Shown here one piece after another: positions 9,454 through 18,557 of a DNA stretch of 64,000 nucleotides. Within the stretch, counting starts at the first letter, position 1; each line of letters begins with the position of its first letter. Position numbers and translations under genes: made by a program. Below the pieces are notes generated by a model. It worked only from the letters and a program-made list of their open reading frames with translations, ran no database searches and was not told the DNA's origin. Source of the stretch: a virus (taxonomy: Duplodnaviria > Caudoviricetes); the IMG/VR virus record IMGVR_UViG_3300042544_002864, positions 1,784-65,783 of that record; one strand, 5' to 3'.

Positions 9454-10686
9454 CTACTTCTTTTTCATATACTTTTTATTAATCTTAGTTTCGATTCCTT
9501 TCTTCATTAATACTTCATGTCCAAGTGAACAATCTGTACATAAGGTTGCGTCTTTGTGCTCACATTTAATGTCACCTTCACCTTTACAAGTAACACATTT
9601 ACCCGAATCGGTATCTCCGGTTCCATCACAATCATCACAATCATATCTCCCGTCACTATATTTACAATCATCACAATCATCACATACACCATCACAATTT
9701 TGACATCTATCACCATCACCAGAAACCGAATGTAGAAAGTAAGAATCGATATCGGATAAGTTAGAAAGTACTTTCTTTTTATCATCTAAGAAACACATAG
9801 TATCTATAAATGGATAGTAAGTATAATCACCATCTAATTTAACGGTAGCTTCACCAAATACATCAGATCCTTTATAAGTAAAATGAATATTATCCTCTAA
9901 GTAACTATTCATTTTTTTCTTTAACATCCATCCTTTTTCATCAGCATACATTTTAAATTTGATAACATCTGAATCACGATTAGTATAAACTCTATCCATA
10001 AAGTATTTAGCCTCACAAGGAGAATCTTTTAGTTTCCATACAATCGCTCTACCATGTACCTTATTTTCTTCATCTAAAAGAACTAGTAGTTTAACCTTTG
10101 ATGGATTTTCAGTATAAATTTTAAATGTTTTTTTAGACTCTTCAGACATACAAGATCCACCTAAACTACCACTTGAACTATAATATCTATCACTGTTATA
10201 ATATTTTGCGATATCATTTCCATCAACTAATTCAAATTTTAATTTAGTATTTGATTTAGTGGCTTTGAAATGGTTAACAAATTCTTCAACATCTTTATCT
10301 TTAAATTCAATGTGTGTAAATGGAAGTAAATACCTGACGATCTTACCTATTTTAACATCACCTCGACCTTTAGTTGTATATGGTAATGATGGATCCTCAT
10401 CAGAATCCCAATCAGATGGTATTCTATTTTGTGGAATAAAAGATAACATATCATCTTTATCAACTAAGTCAAAATAGTTTTGTTTTATATCCCTATCTGA
10501 AATATATCTTTCATCTTCTATTAAGTCTAAAATACCTTGAGCTATTTCACCTGTTTTTCCTTTTACTTTTGCAATTTCTTTAAACTTCATCATGAAATCT
10601 GTAGAGCCATAGATATAAGCATCCATTACTGAATATAACTGAGATATTAACTTTTTTACTAAAAAACTATTATACTTTTTAATCAT
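9454..10686 (-). CDS. Conserved phage protein (SCM/GRA.VW/MDRVY/YP.DT family) with C-terminal CxxCxGxG zinc-finger repeats
   Basis: Likely start MIKKYNSF at 10686 right after TAATATATA (10692-10700); paralog of 24479..26350. Confidence 0.65.
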   Translation of the reverse strand: MIKKYNSFLVKKLISQLYSVMDAYIYGSTDFMMKFKEIAKVKGKTGEIAQGILDLIEDERYISDRDIKQNYFDLVDKDDMLSFIPQNRIPSDWDSDEDPSLPYTTKGRGDVKIGKIVRYLLPFTHIEFKDKDVEEFVNHFKATKSNTKLKFELVDGNDIAKYYNSDRYYSSSGSLGGSCMSEESKKTFKIYTENPSKVKLLVLLDEENKVHGRAIVWKLKDSPCEAKYFMDRVYTNRDSDVIKFKMYADEKGWMLKKKMNSYLEDNIHFTYKGSDVFGEATVKLDGDYTYYPFIDTMCFLDDKKKVLSNLSDIDSYFLHSVSGDGDRCQNCDGVCDDCDDCKYSDGRYDCDDCDGTGDTDSGKCVTCKGEGDIKCEHKDATLCTDCSLGHEVLMKKGIETKINKKYMKKK

Positions 10687-10717
10687 ATAATTATATATTA
10701 AAAATGTAAAACTATTT

Positions 10718-11119
10718 ATGTATTTTCCAAAATTCAGATTAAAAAAAGATTGGTATATTGAAGTTGACATACTTGGCACAAAGAATAGAACACTTGTTCT
10801 AACAGAAGGTCAAATTTTTGAAGTTGAAAGTGATAACAACTATCATATAATCTATGGAGGTTGGTCTGAGAAAACTCCAAATGTTGGAGGTAGAATGATA
10901 TTAGACGAGGAAAAAATGAGATTAGCGACTGATGGTGATGAATTACTATTTGAAGCTATTGATGAAAGTCCTGATTTGGAAATTATAATTGAGGAAGTTC
11001 CTGACGATGATGATATATTAGTTAGAAATTGGAGAATACAATTAGATGTTAAAACAACTAGAAAAAAACTAAAAGAAATAGAAAAAATTATAAATCAAAT
11101 GGTAAAACCTATTTTATAA
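10718..11119 (+). CDS. Hypothetical protein
   Basis: 133-aa ORF filling the gap between divergent gene and nad operon. Confidence 0.6.
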   Translation: MYFPKFRLKKDWYIEVDILGTKNRTLVLTEGQIFEVESDNNYHIIYGGWSEKTPNVGGRMILDEEKMRLATDGDELLFEAIDESPDLEIIIEEVPDDDDILVRNWRIQLDVKTTRKKLKEIEKIINQMVKPIL

Positions 11120-11124
11120 TTTCG

Positions 11125-11132
11125 TATATTTG
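11125..11132 (+). promoter_or_regulatory. Bacteroidota sigmaA-type -7 element (TAnnTTTG) upstream of NAD salvage operon
   Basis: TATATTTG ~20 nt before the ATG at 11152. Confidence 0.6.
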
Positions 11133-11151
11133 TAACATAAATCTATACAAA

Positions 11152-12066
11152 ATGGAAAAGACATATCCAATCGGAGCTTTAGTCGGTAGATTCCAAGTTC
11201 ACGAGCTACATGAAGCTCATAAATACCTGATTGACCAGGTAGCAGAAAATCACAAAAAAGTAATTTTATTCCTCGGTGTTCCAAAAGTAGTTGGAACCAA
11301 AAAGAATCCATTAGATTTCGATACTCGAAAAAGAATGATTCAACATCACTATCCAGATATTGTAATTTTAGCACTTCCAGATTTTGGAGATGATCGTAGA
11401 TGGTCTTCTGAATTAGATAAGAGAGTTAAAGAAGTTTATCCTATCGGTGAAGTTCTTCTTTATGGTGGTAGAGACTCATTTATCCCTTACTATAAAAGTG
11501 GTGGAGGTCATTTCGATTGTAAAGAATTAGAAGAATACGGAACATTTGTTTCAGGTACTGAAGTTAGAAAAATGGTATCAGAACAAGTTAAGGATTCAGC
11601 TGACTTTAGATCTGGTGTTATCTATCAATCATATAATCAATATCCAAAAGTTCATCCTTGTATTGATGTTGCTATATTAGATGAATCTGAAGAAAAAGTA
11701 CTTTTAGCAAAAAGACCATTTGAAGATGGTTGGAGATTTATCGGTGGTTTTTCAAAGCCAACTGATGTCTCATATGAACACACTGTTCGTAGAAAGATTT
11801 CAGAAGATGCTGGTCACAACTTATCGGTAAATCATCCAAGATATATTGGTAGTTGTCAAATTCCTGACTGGAGATATCAAAGTGAGGAAGATAAAATCTT
11901 AAGCATACTTTTTATTACTAAAAAACAATTTGGTAGAATTGACCCATCTGATGATGTTTCAGAGTTAAAATGGTGGGATATTAGTGAATTAGAAAATGAT
12001 GAAAAAATTATCACTAAAGAACATAAAATTTTACTGGATATGTTCCTTAAAAACAAAAAATATTAA
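11152..12066 (+). CDS. nadM: Bifunctional NMN adenylyltransferase / Nudix (NadM-Nudix, NatV-like)
   Basis: VGRFQ...HEAH, KNPLDF..R..MI, SGTEVR NMNAT motifs; C-terminal Nudix fold (IGGF...SDDVSELKW). Confidence 0.85.
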   Translation: MEKTYPIGALVGRFQVHELHEAHKYLIDQVAENHKKVILFLGVPKVVGTKKNPLDFDTRKRMIQHHYPDIVILALPDFGDDRRWSSELDKRVKEVYPIGEVLLYGGRDSFIPYYKSGGGHFDCKELEEYGTFVSGTEVRKMVSEQVKDSADFRSGVIYQSYNQYPKVHPCIDVAILDESEEKVLLAKRPFEDGWRFIGGFSKPTDVSYEHTVRRKISEDAGHNLSVNHPRYIGSCQIPDWRYQSEEDKILSILFITKKQFGRIDPSDDVSELKWWDISELENDEKIITKEHKILLDMFLKNKKY

Positions 12067-12087
12067 TAACTTTAAATAAAAATTACT

Positions 12088-13671
12088 ATGAGCTTACAAA
12101 GACAAATCACTAGAAAGTTAGAGAAAGCAATTCTTGATAAAGATTGGACCTCTATTGAAGGTATTCAAAAACACCTTACAAAAATCATCACAAAACCAGA
12201 TAACTTAATTCTGTGTACAGACGCATATAAGTACTCACATCATAAGTTTTATGGTAGTGAAATGACTAAAATGATTTCCTATATGGAATCTAGAGGTGGT
12301 AAATTCTCTAAAACCGTATTCTACGGATTACAAATCTTCTTAAAACAATATTTAGAAGGTGTTGCCATCACAAAAGAAGAAGTTGACGAAGCATTTGACT
12401 ACTTAGGTACTAAACACGGTGTATTTGGTAGAGAAGATGTTTTCGATAGAAGTAAATTTGATTACATCGTTGATAAATACGATGGTAAATTACCTATCAG
12501 TATTAAAGCTGTTCCAGAAGGAACCGTGGTTGACGCAAAGAATGTACTTTTCACAATTGAAAGTTTAGATGAAAATTGTGCTTGGTTAACTAACTTCTTA
12601 GAATCACTTTTATTACAAGTTTGGTATCCAATTACCGTAGCAACTCTTTCAAGAGAAGTAAGAGTAATTGTTACAAAAGCGTTCAAAGATTGCACAAGTT
12701 ACGATGATGAATTGATGAACATTATGATTGACTTCGTTCTAAACGACTTTGGATTCCGTGGTGTATCTTCTGTTCAATCAGCAAAAACAGGTGGTTCAGC
12801 TCACCTTGTAAACTTCTTAGGATCTGATACGGTTATCGCTTCTAAGTTAATCAGAGACGTTTATAACACAGAACGAGTTTATGGACTATCTATCCCAGCT
12901 ACAGAACACTCTATTATGACTCTTAAAGGAGAATCAGGTGAGTTAGAACTTATGAAAAGAGTTCTAACAACGTTCCCTACTGGATTAGTAGCTTGTGTAT
13001 CTGACTCATTTAATATCTTTAGAGCTTGTTCAGAATATTGGGGAACAGAATTGAGAGATTTAGTTCTTTCAAGACCAGCAACTCCGGGTAATCAGTTAGT
13101 AATCAGACCTGACTCTGGTCACGTTACTAGAACATTAGTCGAAGTATTCAACATCTTGTTTGATAAATTTGGATACACCGTTAATGAAAAAGGTTACAAA
13201 GTACTTCCTCCACAAGTAAGAGTTATTCAAGGTGATGGTGTTAATCTTAACTCTATTCAAGAAATCTATGATATCTTGAAATCTGAGAAAATCTCACCAG
13301 AGAACTTAGCATTGGGTATGGGTGGTAAATTGTTACAAGCTGACATCAACAGAGATACTAACAACTTTGCAACTAAAGCTTGTTCGGCAATTGTTGATGG
13401 TGTAGAAGTGGATGTTGTTAAATCACCTACTGAAATGGATGAAAATGGAAACATTACTAAATCATTCAAGAAATCTAAAAAAGGTAAATTGAAATTGGTT
13501 AAAAATGAAGATGGTTCTTATAGAACGGTTACATCAAGTGACCCAGATTTTGATAATGTTAAAGATGAATTAACTGAAGTCTTTAGAAGTGGAGTTATCA
13601 CAAAAGAATGGACCTTTGAAGAAGTTCGTGATAGAGCTAAAGTTGAGACACAAATTGAAGAAATGGTTTAA
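12088..13671 (+). CDS. nadV: Nicotinamide phosphoribosyltransferase (NAMPT)
   Basis: TDAYKYSH, DFGFRGVSS, IPATEHS, VSDS, IRPDSG, IQGDG, GMGGKLLQ, KKSKKG motifs. Confidence 0.93.
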   Translation: MSLQRQITRKLEKAILDKDWTSIEGIQKHLTKIITKPDNLILCTDAYKYSHHKFYGSEMTKMISYMESRGGKFSKTVFYGLQIFLKQYLEGVAITKEEVDEAFDYLGTKHGVFGREDVFDRSKFDYIVDKYDGKLPISIKAVPEGTVVDAKNVLFTIESLDENCAWLTNFLESLLLQVWYPITVATLSREVRVIVTKAFKDCTSYDDELMNIMIDFVLNDFGFRGVSSVQSAKTGGSAHLVNFLGSDTVIASKLIRDVYNTERVYGLSIPATEHSIMTLKGESGELELMKRVLTTFPTGLVACVSDSFNIFRACSEYWGTELRDLVLSRPATPGNQLVIRPDSGHVTRTLVEVFNILFDKFGYTVNEKGYKVLPPQVRVIQGDGVNLNSIQEIYDILKSEKISPENLALGMGGKLLQADINRDTNNFATKACSAIVDGVEVDVVKSPTEMDENGNITKSFKKSKKGKLKLVKNEDGSYRTVTSSDPDFDNVKDELTEVFRSGVITKEWTFEEVRDRAKVETQIEEMV

Positions 13672-13676
13672 AACTA

Positions 13677-13707
13677 AAAACCCTCTGATTTTTCAGAGGG
13701 TTTTTTT
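13677..13707. terminator. Bidirectional intrinsic terminator
   Basis: aaaaccctctga-tttt-tcagagggttttttt between convergent genes. Confidence 0.8.
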
Positions 13708-13708
13708 A

Positions 13709-14107
13709 TTACATCAATCCACGAGTGATTCTAAAGTCTTTTTTATCATCTTCCTCTTGTTCTATGAAATCAGTATTCTTCAATTGTTCAACTAAATTAA
13801 AAATTTGCTTACAAACCTCAGTTGATACTTCTATATACTTATCATTCATTTTCATTTCACCACTATATCCACCACCGCCAGGTCCCATACGAAAACCATA
13901 CTTTACATGAAATTTAAATCCATCCACTATAAATGAATATCCACGAACCTCTGATATCAATAATTTAGCAATACCTTCTAAATTACCTCTTAATGATTTT
14001 AATTCTCTAAGAACTTCCAAAGCAATATCTTCGTCTTTCCAAAAAGGGTTAAATTTACGAACCGGTTTAGGAATTAAAAATGCTTCAAATTTTTTTAAGT
14101 GATTCAT
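13709..14107 (-). CDS. Hypothetical protein with capsid-targeting-like N-terminus
   Basis: MNHLKKFEAF start. Confidence 0.65.
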   Translation of the reverse strand: MNHLKKFEAFLIPKPVRKFNPFWKDEDIALEVLRELKSLRGNLEGIAKLLISEVRGYSFIVDGFKFHVKYGFRMGPGGGGYSGEMKMNDKYIEVSTEVCKQIFNLVEQLKNTDFIEQEEDDKKDFRITRGLM

Positions 14108-14808
14108 TATTTCTTTTTCTTTTTTCTTGCTTTTGCGGCTTTTGCTTTAGTCCATAAATCAGCATCTGCTTTTCTAGCACCACCGGCACCAGTGATAAAT
14201 GAGTTTACTCTACCCATTCCCCATTGATGTTGAGCAACACCCGGTCTGTGACCAGCATTCCAAGCTTGCATTCCCTTAGAGAAAACTTTTCTTAAAATAC
14301 CCATTGGTATTCCAGAAGCTTTAGCTTTCTTTTTAAGTGAGACACTCACACCGGACTTTTTAGATTCATCTAAACCTTCCAATTCATCATCACCATCTAA
14401 TCCAATAGCATAATTCAGTTCATCAAGAATAGCATCTGTAGGAATTTCATCATCATCTTCATTATAGAATTTTCCCTCAGTTCCATATTGAGAATAACTA
14501 ACTAATGGAGTTCCTTCTTCAACTATTTCGTTATATAGTGAGATAATATCGTTTGGATCAACTTCTTCACCAAGTTCCATTATTACACCAGTATAATGAG
14601 ATGGAATATAAATTTTATTTTCAGATTCAAAGCTTTCATTCTTACTTAAAGAAGAAATTATTTGATTAACTTTATCTAAACTAAAGTCTAATTCAATAGC
14701 AATTTGTTCAGCTGTTAGACCTTCTTCTAATAAGTCTTTCACATCTTCCATATCAGCATGTGTGAAGTCTTCAAAAGTGTATGATTCAAATGTTTTTAAG
14801 TATTTCAT
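14107..14808 (-). CDS. Tagged acidic protein with basic C-terminal DUF5824-like module
   Basis: MKYLKTFESY start; after LDES: SLKKKAKASGIPMGILRKVFSKGMQAW..GHRPG...HQWGMGRVNSF. Confidence 0.6.
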   Translation of the reverse strand: MKYLKTFESYTFEDFTHADMEDVKDLLEEGLTAEQIAIELDFSLDKVNQIISSLSKNESFESENKIYIPSHYTGVIMELGEEVDPNDIISLYNEIVEEGTPLVSYSQYGTEGKFYNEDDDEIPTDAILDELNYAIGLDGDDELEGLDESKKSGVSVSLKKKAKASGIPMGILRKVFSKGMQAWNAGHRPGVAQHQWGMGRVNSFITGAGGARKADADLWTKAKAAKARKKKKK

Positions 14809-14809
14809 A

Positions 14810-15244
14810 TTAATGTTTTAATTTTTCTAATCTTTTTATTACCTCATCGATATTTTGGTTCCAATCTTTTGATAATACTGATTTACCAAACTCATTAAGT
14901 TCACCAACACTATCTCTAATACCTTCTAGCTCTGAAATTATATCATCACACTCATCACAGATATAAGTATCTTTAATATCTTCTCTTTCGTAACTATCAA
15001 AAAATTCTGGGTAATTTTCAACAAAAACAGCGCCCGCACTTTCTTCTTCACCTGGTTTTGTCTTTACAATATATCCATTATCATAAATTTCCCCGGTTAC
15101 TTCGTATCCAAGTTTTTTTGCTAAATCTTTTACCGTACCGTATCCTATATCAGCGTTTCTATTTGCAAATACAACTACTTCACCTTTCTTATGAGAAGGA
15201 AATCTTGATACTAATTCTTCATTAAATTTTCTTAGGTGTTTCAT
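14810..15244 (-). CDS. Hypothetical protein with capsid-targeting-like N-terminus
   Basis: MKHLRKFNEE start. Confidence 0.65.
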   Translation of the reverse strand: MKHLRKFNEELVSRFPSHKKGEVVVFANRNADIGYGTVKDLAKKLGYEVTGEIYDNGYIVKTKPGEEESAGAVFVENYPEFFDSYEREDIKDTYICDECDDIISELEGIRDSVGELNEFGKSVLSKDWNQNIDEVIKRLEKLKH

Positions 15245-15246
15245 TA

Positions 15247-15804
15247 TTAATCTTTTCCCCCAAACATTTTTTGATAAGCTTTTGTAGCAGCAGATTTTTT
15301 AGTTTTAACTCTTTTACCTTCACCACCTTTACCACCGGTATAGTCAGCATCCCAATCTTTTTTGTACTCTTTTTTACCCCTGAATGTGTCAATTTCTTTT
15401 TTCATTTTACCTGGATTTTTAGTTAGATATTTTCCAGGAATTTTACGACCTTTATATTTTTGAGCCTTAACTCTTTCAGAAATTCCTAGTATACCTTGAA
15501 TGTCTTTTTCTATCATATCTAACCCTTCGTCCATTGACTCAACATTAGTTTGGAAATCAATAACATCACCGGCAGTTTTAGTGATATATAAATCGTCTAT
15601 ATCAAATTCATATTTAACAGACAATTCACCAGTTGAAAAACTAACAGATAACTGATGGTCTTTTTTATTCTCCCATTCATATATCATGTTTTGACCATCT
15701 GATACACTATCAACCAAATCTTTAAGTTCCTGCATTTTAGCGTCTATTAGGCTATCCGGATTATTTACGAATTCTCTAATAAATTGATTCCATTTTTTTA
15801 TCAT
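15247..15804 (-). CDS. Tagged protein, acidic N-half and basic C-terminal module
   Basis: Likely start MIKKWNQFIRE at 15804 after TAATATATA (15810-15818). Confidence 0.6.
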   Translation of the reverse strand: MIKKWNQFIREFVNNPDSLIDAKMQELKDLVDSVSDGQNMIYEWENKKDHQLSVSFSTGELSVKYEFDIDDLYITKTAGDVIDFQTNVESMDEGLDMIEKDIQGILGISERVKAQKYKGRKIPGKYLTKNPGKMKKEIDTFRGKKEYKKDWDADYTGGKGGEGKRVKTKKSAATKAYQKMFGGKD

Positions 15805-15821
15805 ATGATTATATATTAAAT

Positions 15822-15847
15822 AAACAAAATCTACTTTTTTCACTATA
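15822..15847 (+). promoter_or_regulatory. Putative middle-type promoter AAAC-N18-TATA
   Basis: AAAC 15822-15825, 18-nt spacer, TATATCATGTA; same layout upstream of PolB, primase, UvsW. Confidence 0.5.
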
Positions 15848-15875
15848 TCATGTATCAAAATCTATGTGATTAACA

Positions 15876-16655
15876 ATGGCAAATAAAATTAAATTCAAGG
15901 TTAAAGGAGATAAATTCTCAGACTTCATCAATAAATTAGATGACCTAACCAAAATAGATGACACAATTAAACTTAAAATTGACAACGATAATATTCTAAT
16001 GTATTCTATGTTAGGTGGTAACGTGATGTTGGCATTTAAGAATTATCTAATTAATACTAGAGAATATTTAGATTATGGTGATGACTTAGAGTACTCAATG
16101 GATGTAATCATTGTTAATGCTAAAAAATTCGTTAAAAATCTTAACTTCATAAAAGAATCTGAAAAGATAACAATGGAGATAACATATAAAGAATCTCCCG
16201 ATGATGATTCTATTATGAATGCTAGGTCGGTTCAAGTGGTTGGTGGTAAACTAAAAGTTAATTGGTTAGCAGGTGAACACTTTGAAATGAGAGATATTAA
16301 TAAATCAGTTCTCAAACAAAGATTAGACTTTAAGAATAGAAAATGGAACTTTAATATATCTAAATCTGAATTCTCAGATGTTAAAAAGTTATCAAGTATA
16401 AATAGTGATAGAATTATTAATATAAATATTATTGGTGGTAAAGTTACTTTATCAGAGACAGCAGCCTGGGAGTTGGAAATAGACTCTATCGATGATAGAA
16501 ACGCTAATCTTATGTTAAATAAAAAGTTCCTTAATTGTATTAATGATAATGTTGATAATGTTGAATTCAATATATTTGAAACCTTTATGTTAGTTAAGGA
16601 TGATATATCAAATCTAATGTTAAGCTTTGAACAAAATTTCGAAGATGAAGATTAA
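15876..16655 (+). CDS. Sliding clamp (T4 gp45/PCNA-like)
   Basis: 259 aa, two-repeat alpha/beta pattern (F.I...EFSDVKKLSSI; LNKKFL), near DNA polymerase. Confidence 0.55.
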   Translation: MANKIKFKVKGDKFSDFINKLDDLTKIDDTIKLKIDNDNILMYSMLGGNVMLAFKNYLINTREYLDYGDDLEYSMDVIIVNAKKFVKNLNFIKESEKITMEITYKESPDDDSIMNARSVQVVGGKLKVNWLAGEHFEMRDINKSVLKQRLDFKNRKWNFNISKSEFSDVKKLSSINSDRIININIIGGKVTLSETAAWELEIDSIDDRNANLMLNKKFLNCINDNVDNVEFNIFETFMLVKDDISNLMLSFEQNFEDED

Positions 16656-16687
16656 TTTGTAAGTGAATAAATTTTCACTTATATTTG
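16656..16687 (+). promoter_or_regulatory. Bacteroidota sigmaA-type promoter (-33 TTTG, 20 nt, -7 TATATTTG)
   Basis: TTTG 16656-16659; TATATTTG 16680-16687; matches TTTG-N19-21-TAnnTTTG. Confidence 0.7.
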
Positions 16688-16706
16688 TAACTTAAAATCA
16701 TATAAA

Positions 16707-17048
16707 ATGACAAGAAATGAAAGAATTCTATTAAATAGAATGAGAAGAACATCCGCTTTACTGACTTTAATTATTTTTTTCATGGCTAGTTGGGTTAAAA
16801 ATCTTTACGATGATATTGATTGGGTTAGATCCGAGAATAACACATATTTTTATGATAAGATAAATAAAGAGAATCATATAAAATTTCTAAATCAGAAAGT
16901 TGACTCTCTTAAAAAAGTAAATGAGTTGAAAGTGGTTGAGGTTCCAAAATTAAAACCAAAGAAAAAAGTAGTAATCAATACTGACTCAGTTCCTATTATA
17001 CCTATTGACACGATAAAATCTGAAAGTGTTAACGATACTATAAAATAA
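16707..17048 (+). CDS. Single-pass membrane protein with D-S/T-hydrophobic sequons
   Basis: TM helix near N-terminus; DSL, DSV, DTI, DTI in C-terminal tail. Confidence 0.6.
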   Translation: MTRNERILLNRMRRTSALLTLIIFFMASWVKNLYDDIDWVRSENNTYFYDKINKENHIKFLNQKVDSLKKVNELKVVEVPKLKPKKKVVINTDSVPIIPIDTIKSESVNDTIK

Positions 17049-17051
17049 TCT

Positions 17052-17082
17052 AAAAACCTTTGTTATTTACAAGGGTTTTTTT
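17052..17082 (+). terminator. Intrinsic terminator
   Basis: aaaaaccttTgt-tattt-acaagggttttttt hairpin with U tract. Confidence 0.7.
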
Positions 17083-17129
17083 ATGCTTTACAATTCTAAA
17101 CCAAATTAAATTCTGGTCATATAAGTGAT

Positions 17130-18557
17130 ATGACTAAAGATGAAAAAATCAAACAAATAGAAATTCTTAAAAAGAAAGCAGCTGAAATTAAAAAAGAAGC
17201 TGATTACTATAACGCACTACAACTTGCTTTGAAATTAGTATTGAATGGTTCATATGGAGCCTTCGCTACATCTTACTTTATTCTTTATAATAATCACGTA
17301 GCTGGTACTATAACTGCTCAAGGTAGAGACTTGACTAAGACAATGGATAAAGTGAATGAGGATTATTGGTACAATCAGTGGCAAGATGACTTTGAATTAC
17401 ACTTTAAACTTGGAGTGAAAGATGTTACAAAGATAACAAAATCAGAACCTGTTAGTATTTATGCTGACACCGATTCTCTTTTTGTTTCTTTCAAACCAGC
17501 AATTGACCATTGTACTTGGAAAGATTTAATATTCAATAATGATTATTTAAGTTCTATTAACGATAAATTCATCATATTAACAAATGATGAAACTAAAACA
17601 AACAATCCTAATTGTTTAGGAGTTGCTACTAATCTATCTGAATTAGGAGAGTTGATTAAAAATGATTATGAGTTAATATTAATTGATGGTAATTATATTA
17701 AAGACAGAGGCCTGAATAAGATGATAGACTCTGGTGTTTTCACATCAGAAATTAGATGGAATTGGAATAGTGAACAAGACTTTATTCAAGGACTTGACCA
17801 TTTTAGATATGGTGGATATTTCAAAAAGTGTTTAGAAGATTATGCTGCTTCTTTCGGTGTTGAAAATAAAGAAGATTTTGAGTTAGAAAGAATTTCGGAA
17901 TCAATGATTAACATTGCTAAGAAAAAGTATATTTGTCACATCACTTATGAAGATGGTATTCCATTTGAAAGGTTAAATTATATTTACCCAAAAGGAGTTG
18001 AACTTGTTAGATCATCCACACCAGCATTTGCTCGTGATAAGATTGTGCATATCGTTAAATATCTTTTCTCACATCCGGATACTTTCAATATAAAAGACTT
18101 ATTGAAATTAGTTAAAGGTCTAAGAAAAGAATTTGAACTAGCTGACATTGATGATATATGTATGCAATCATCCGTTTCTAAATATGAGATTAAGGTTTTA
18201 GATGATTCGAAACTACCTCTTCAGTTTGTTAGTGGTGCTCACTTCGCAGTTAAGTCAGCAGCTCATCATAATTATCTATTATTAAAGAGTAAAGATTATC
18301 AACAAAAGTATGAATTTATAAAATCTGGTAATAAAATTAAATACTATTGTTGTAAGGATAAATCTATAACGGATATGTTCGCTTACACAAGAGGATCTTA
18401 CCCTATTGAATTTGCACCAGAGATAGATTATGATGAACAATTTGCTAAGTCTATCCTTTCTCCAATAAATTCAATTATTGAACCATTAGGAATGCCAGAG
18501 ATTACTAAAAGGTTATCAGTTGTTATGGATATTTTTGGTGGTAAAGGAGGCTTCTAA
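17130..18557 (+). CDS. Family B DNA polymerase, C-terminal part only (split PolB)
   Basis: Motif B QLALKLVLNGSYG, motif C IYADTDSLF, KKKY, KGVELVRSSTP; no exonuclease domain or motif A. Confidence 0.88.
   Translation: MTKDEKIKQIEILKKKAAEIKKEADYYNALQLALKLVLNGSYGAFATSYFILYNNHVAGTITAQGRDLTKTMDKVNEDYWYNQWQDDFELHFKLGVKDVTKITKSEPVSIYADTDSLFVSFKPAIDHCTWKDLIFNNDYLSSINDKFIILTNDETKTNNPNCLGVATNLSELGELIKNDYELILIDGNYIKDRGLNKMIDSGVFTSEIRWNWNSEQDFIQGLDHFRYGGYFKKCLEDYAASFGVENKEDFELERISESMINIAKKKYICHITYEDGIPFERLNYIYPKGVELVRSSTPAFARDKIVHIVKYLFSHPDTFNIKDLLKLVKGLRKEFELADIDDICMQSSVSKYEIKVLDDSKLPLQFVSGAHFAVKSAAHHNYLLLKSKDYQQKYEFIKSGNKIKYYCCKDKSITDMFAYTRGSYPIEFAPEIDYDEQFAKSILSPINSIIEPLGMPEITKRLSVVMDIFGGKGGF

Noticed and set aside
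17500-17800. Intein in the PolB insertion
   Set aside because: No N-terminal C/S block, LAGLIDADG motif or C-terminal HN-(C/S/T) junction recognised
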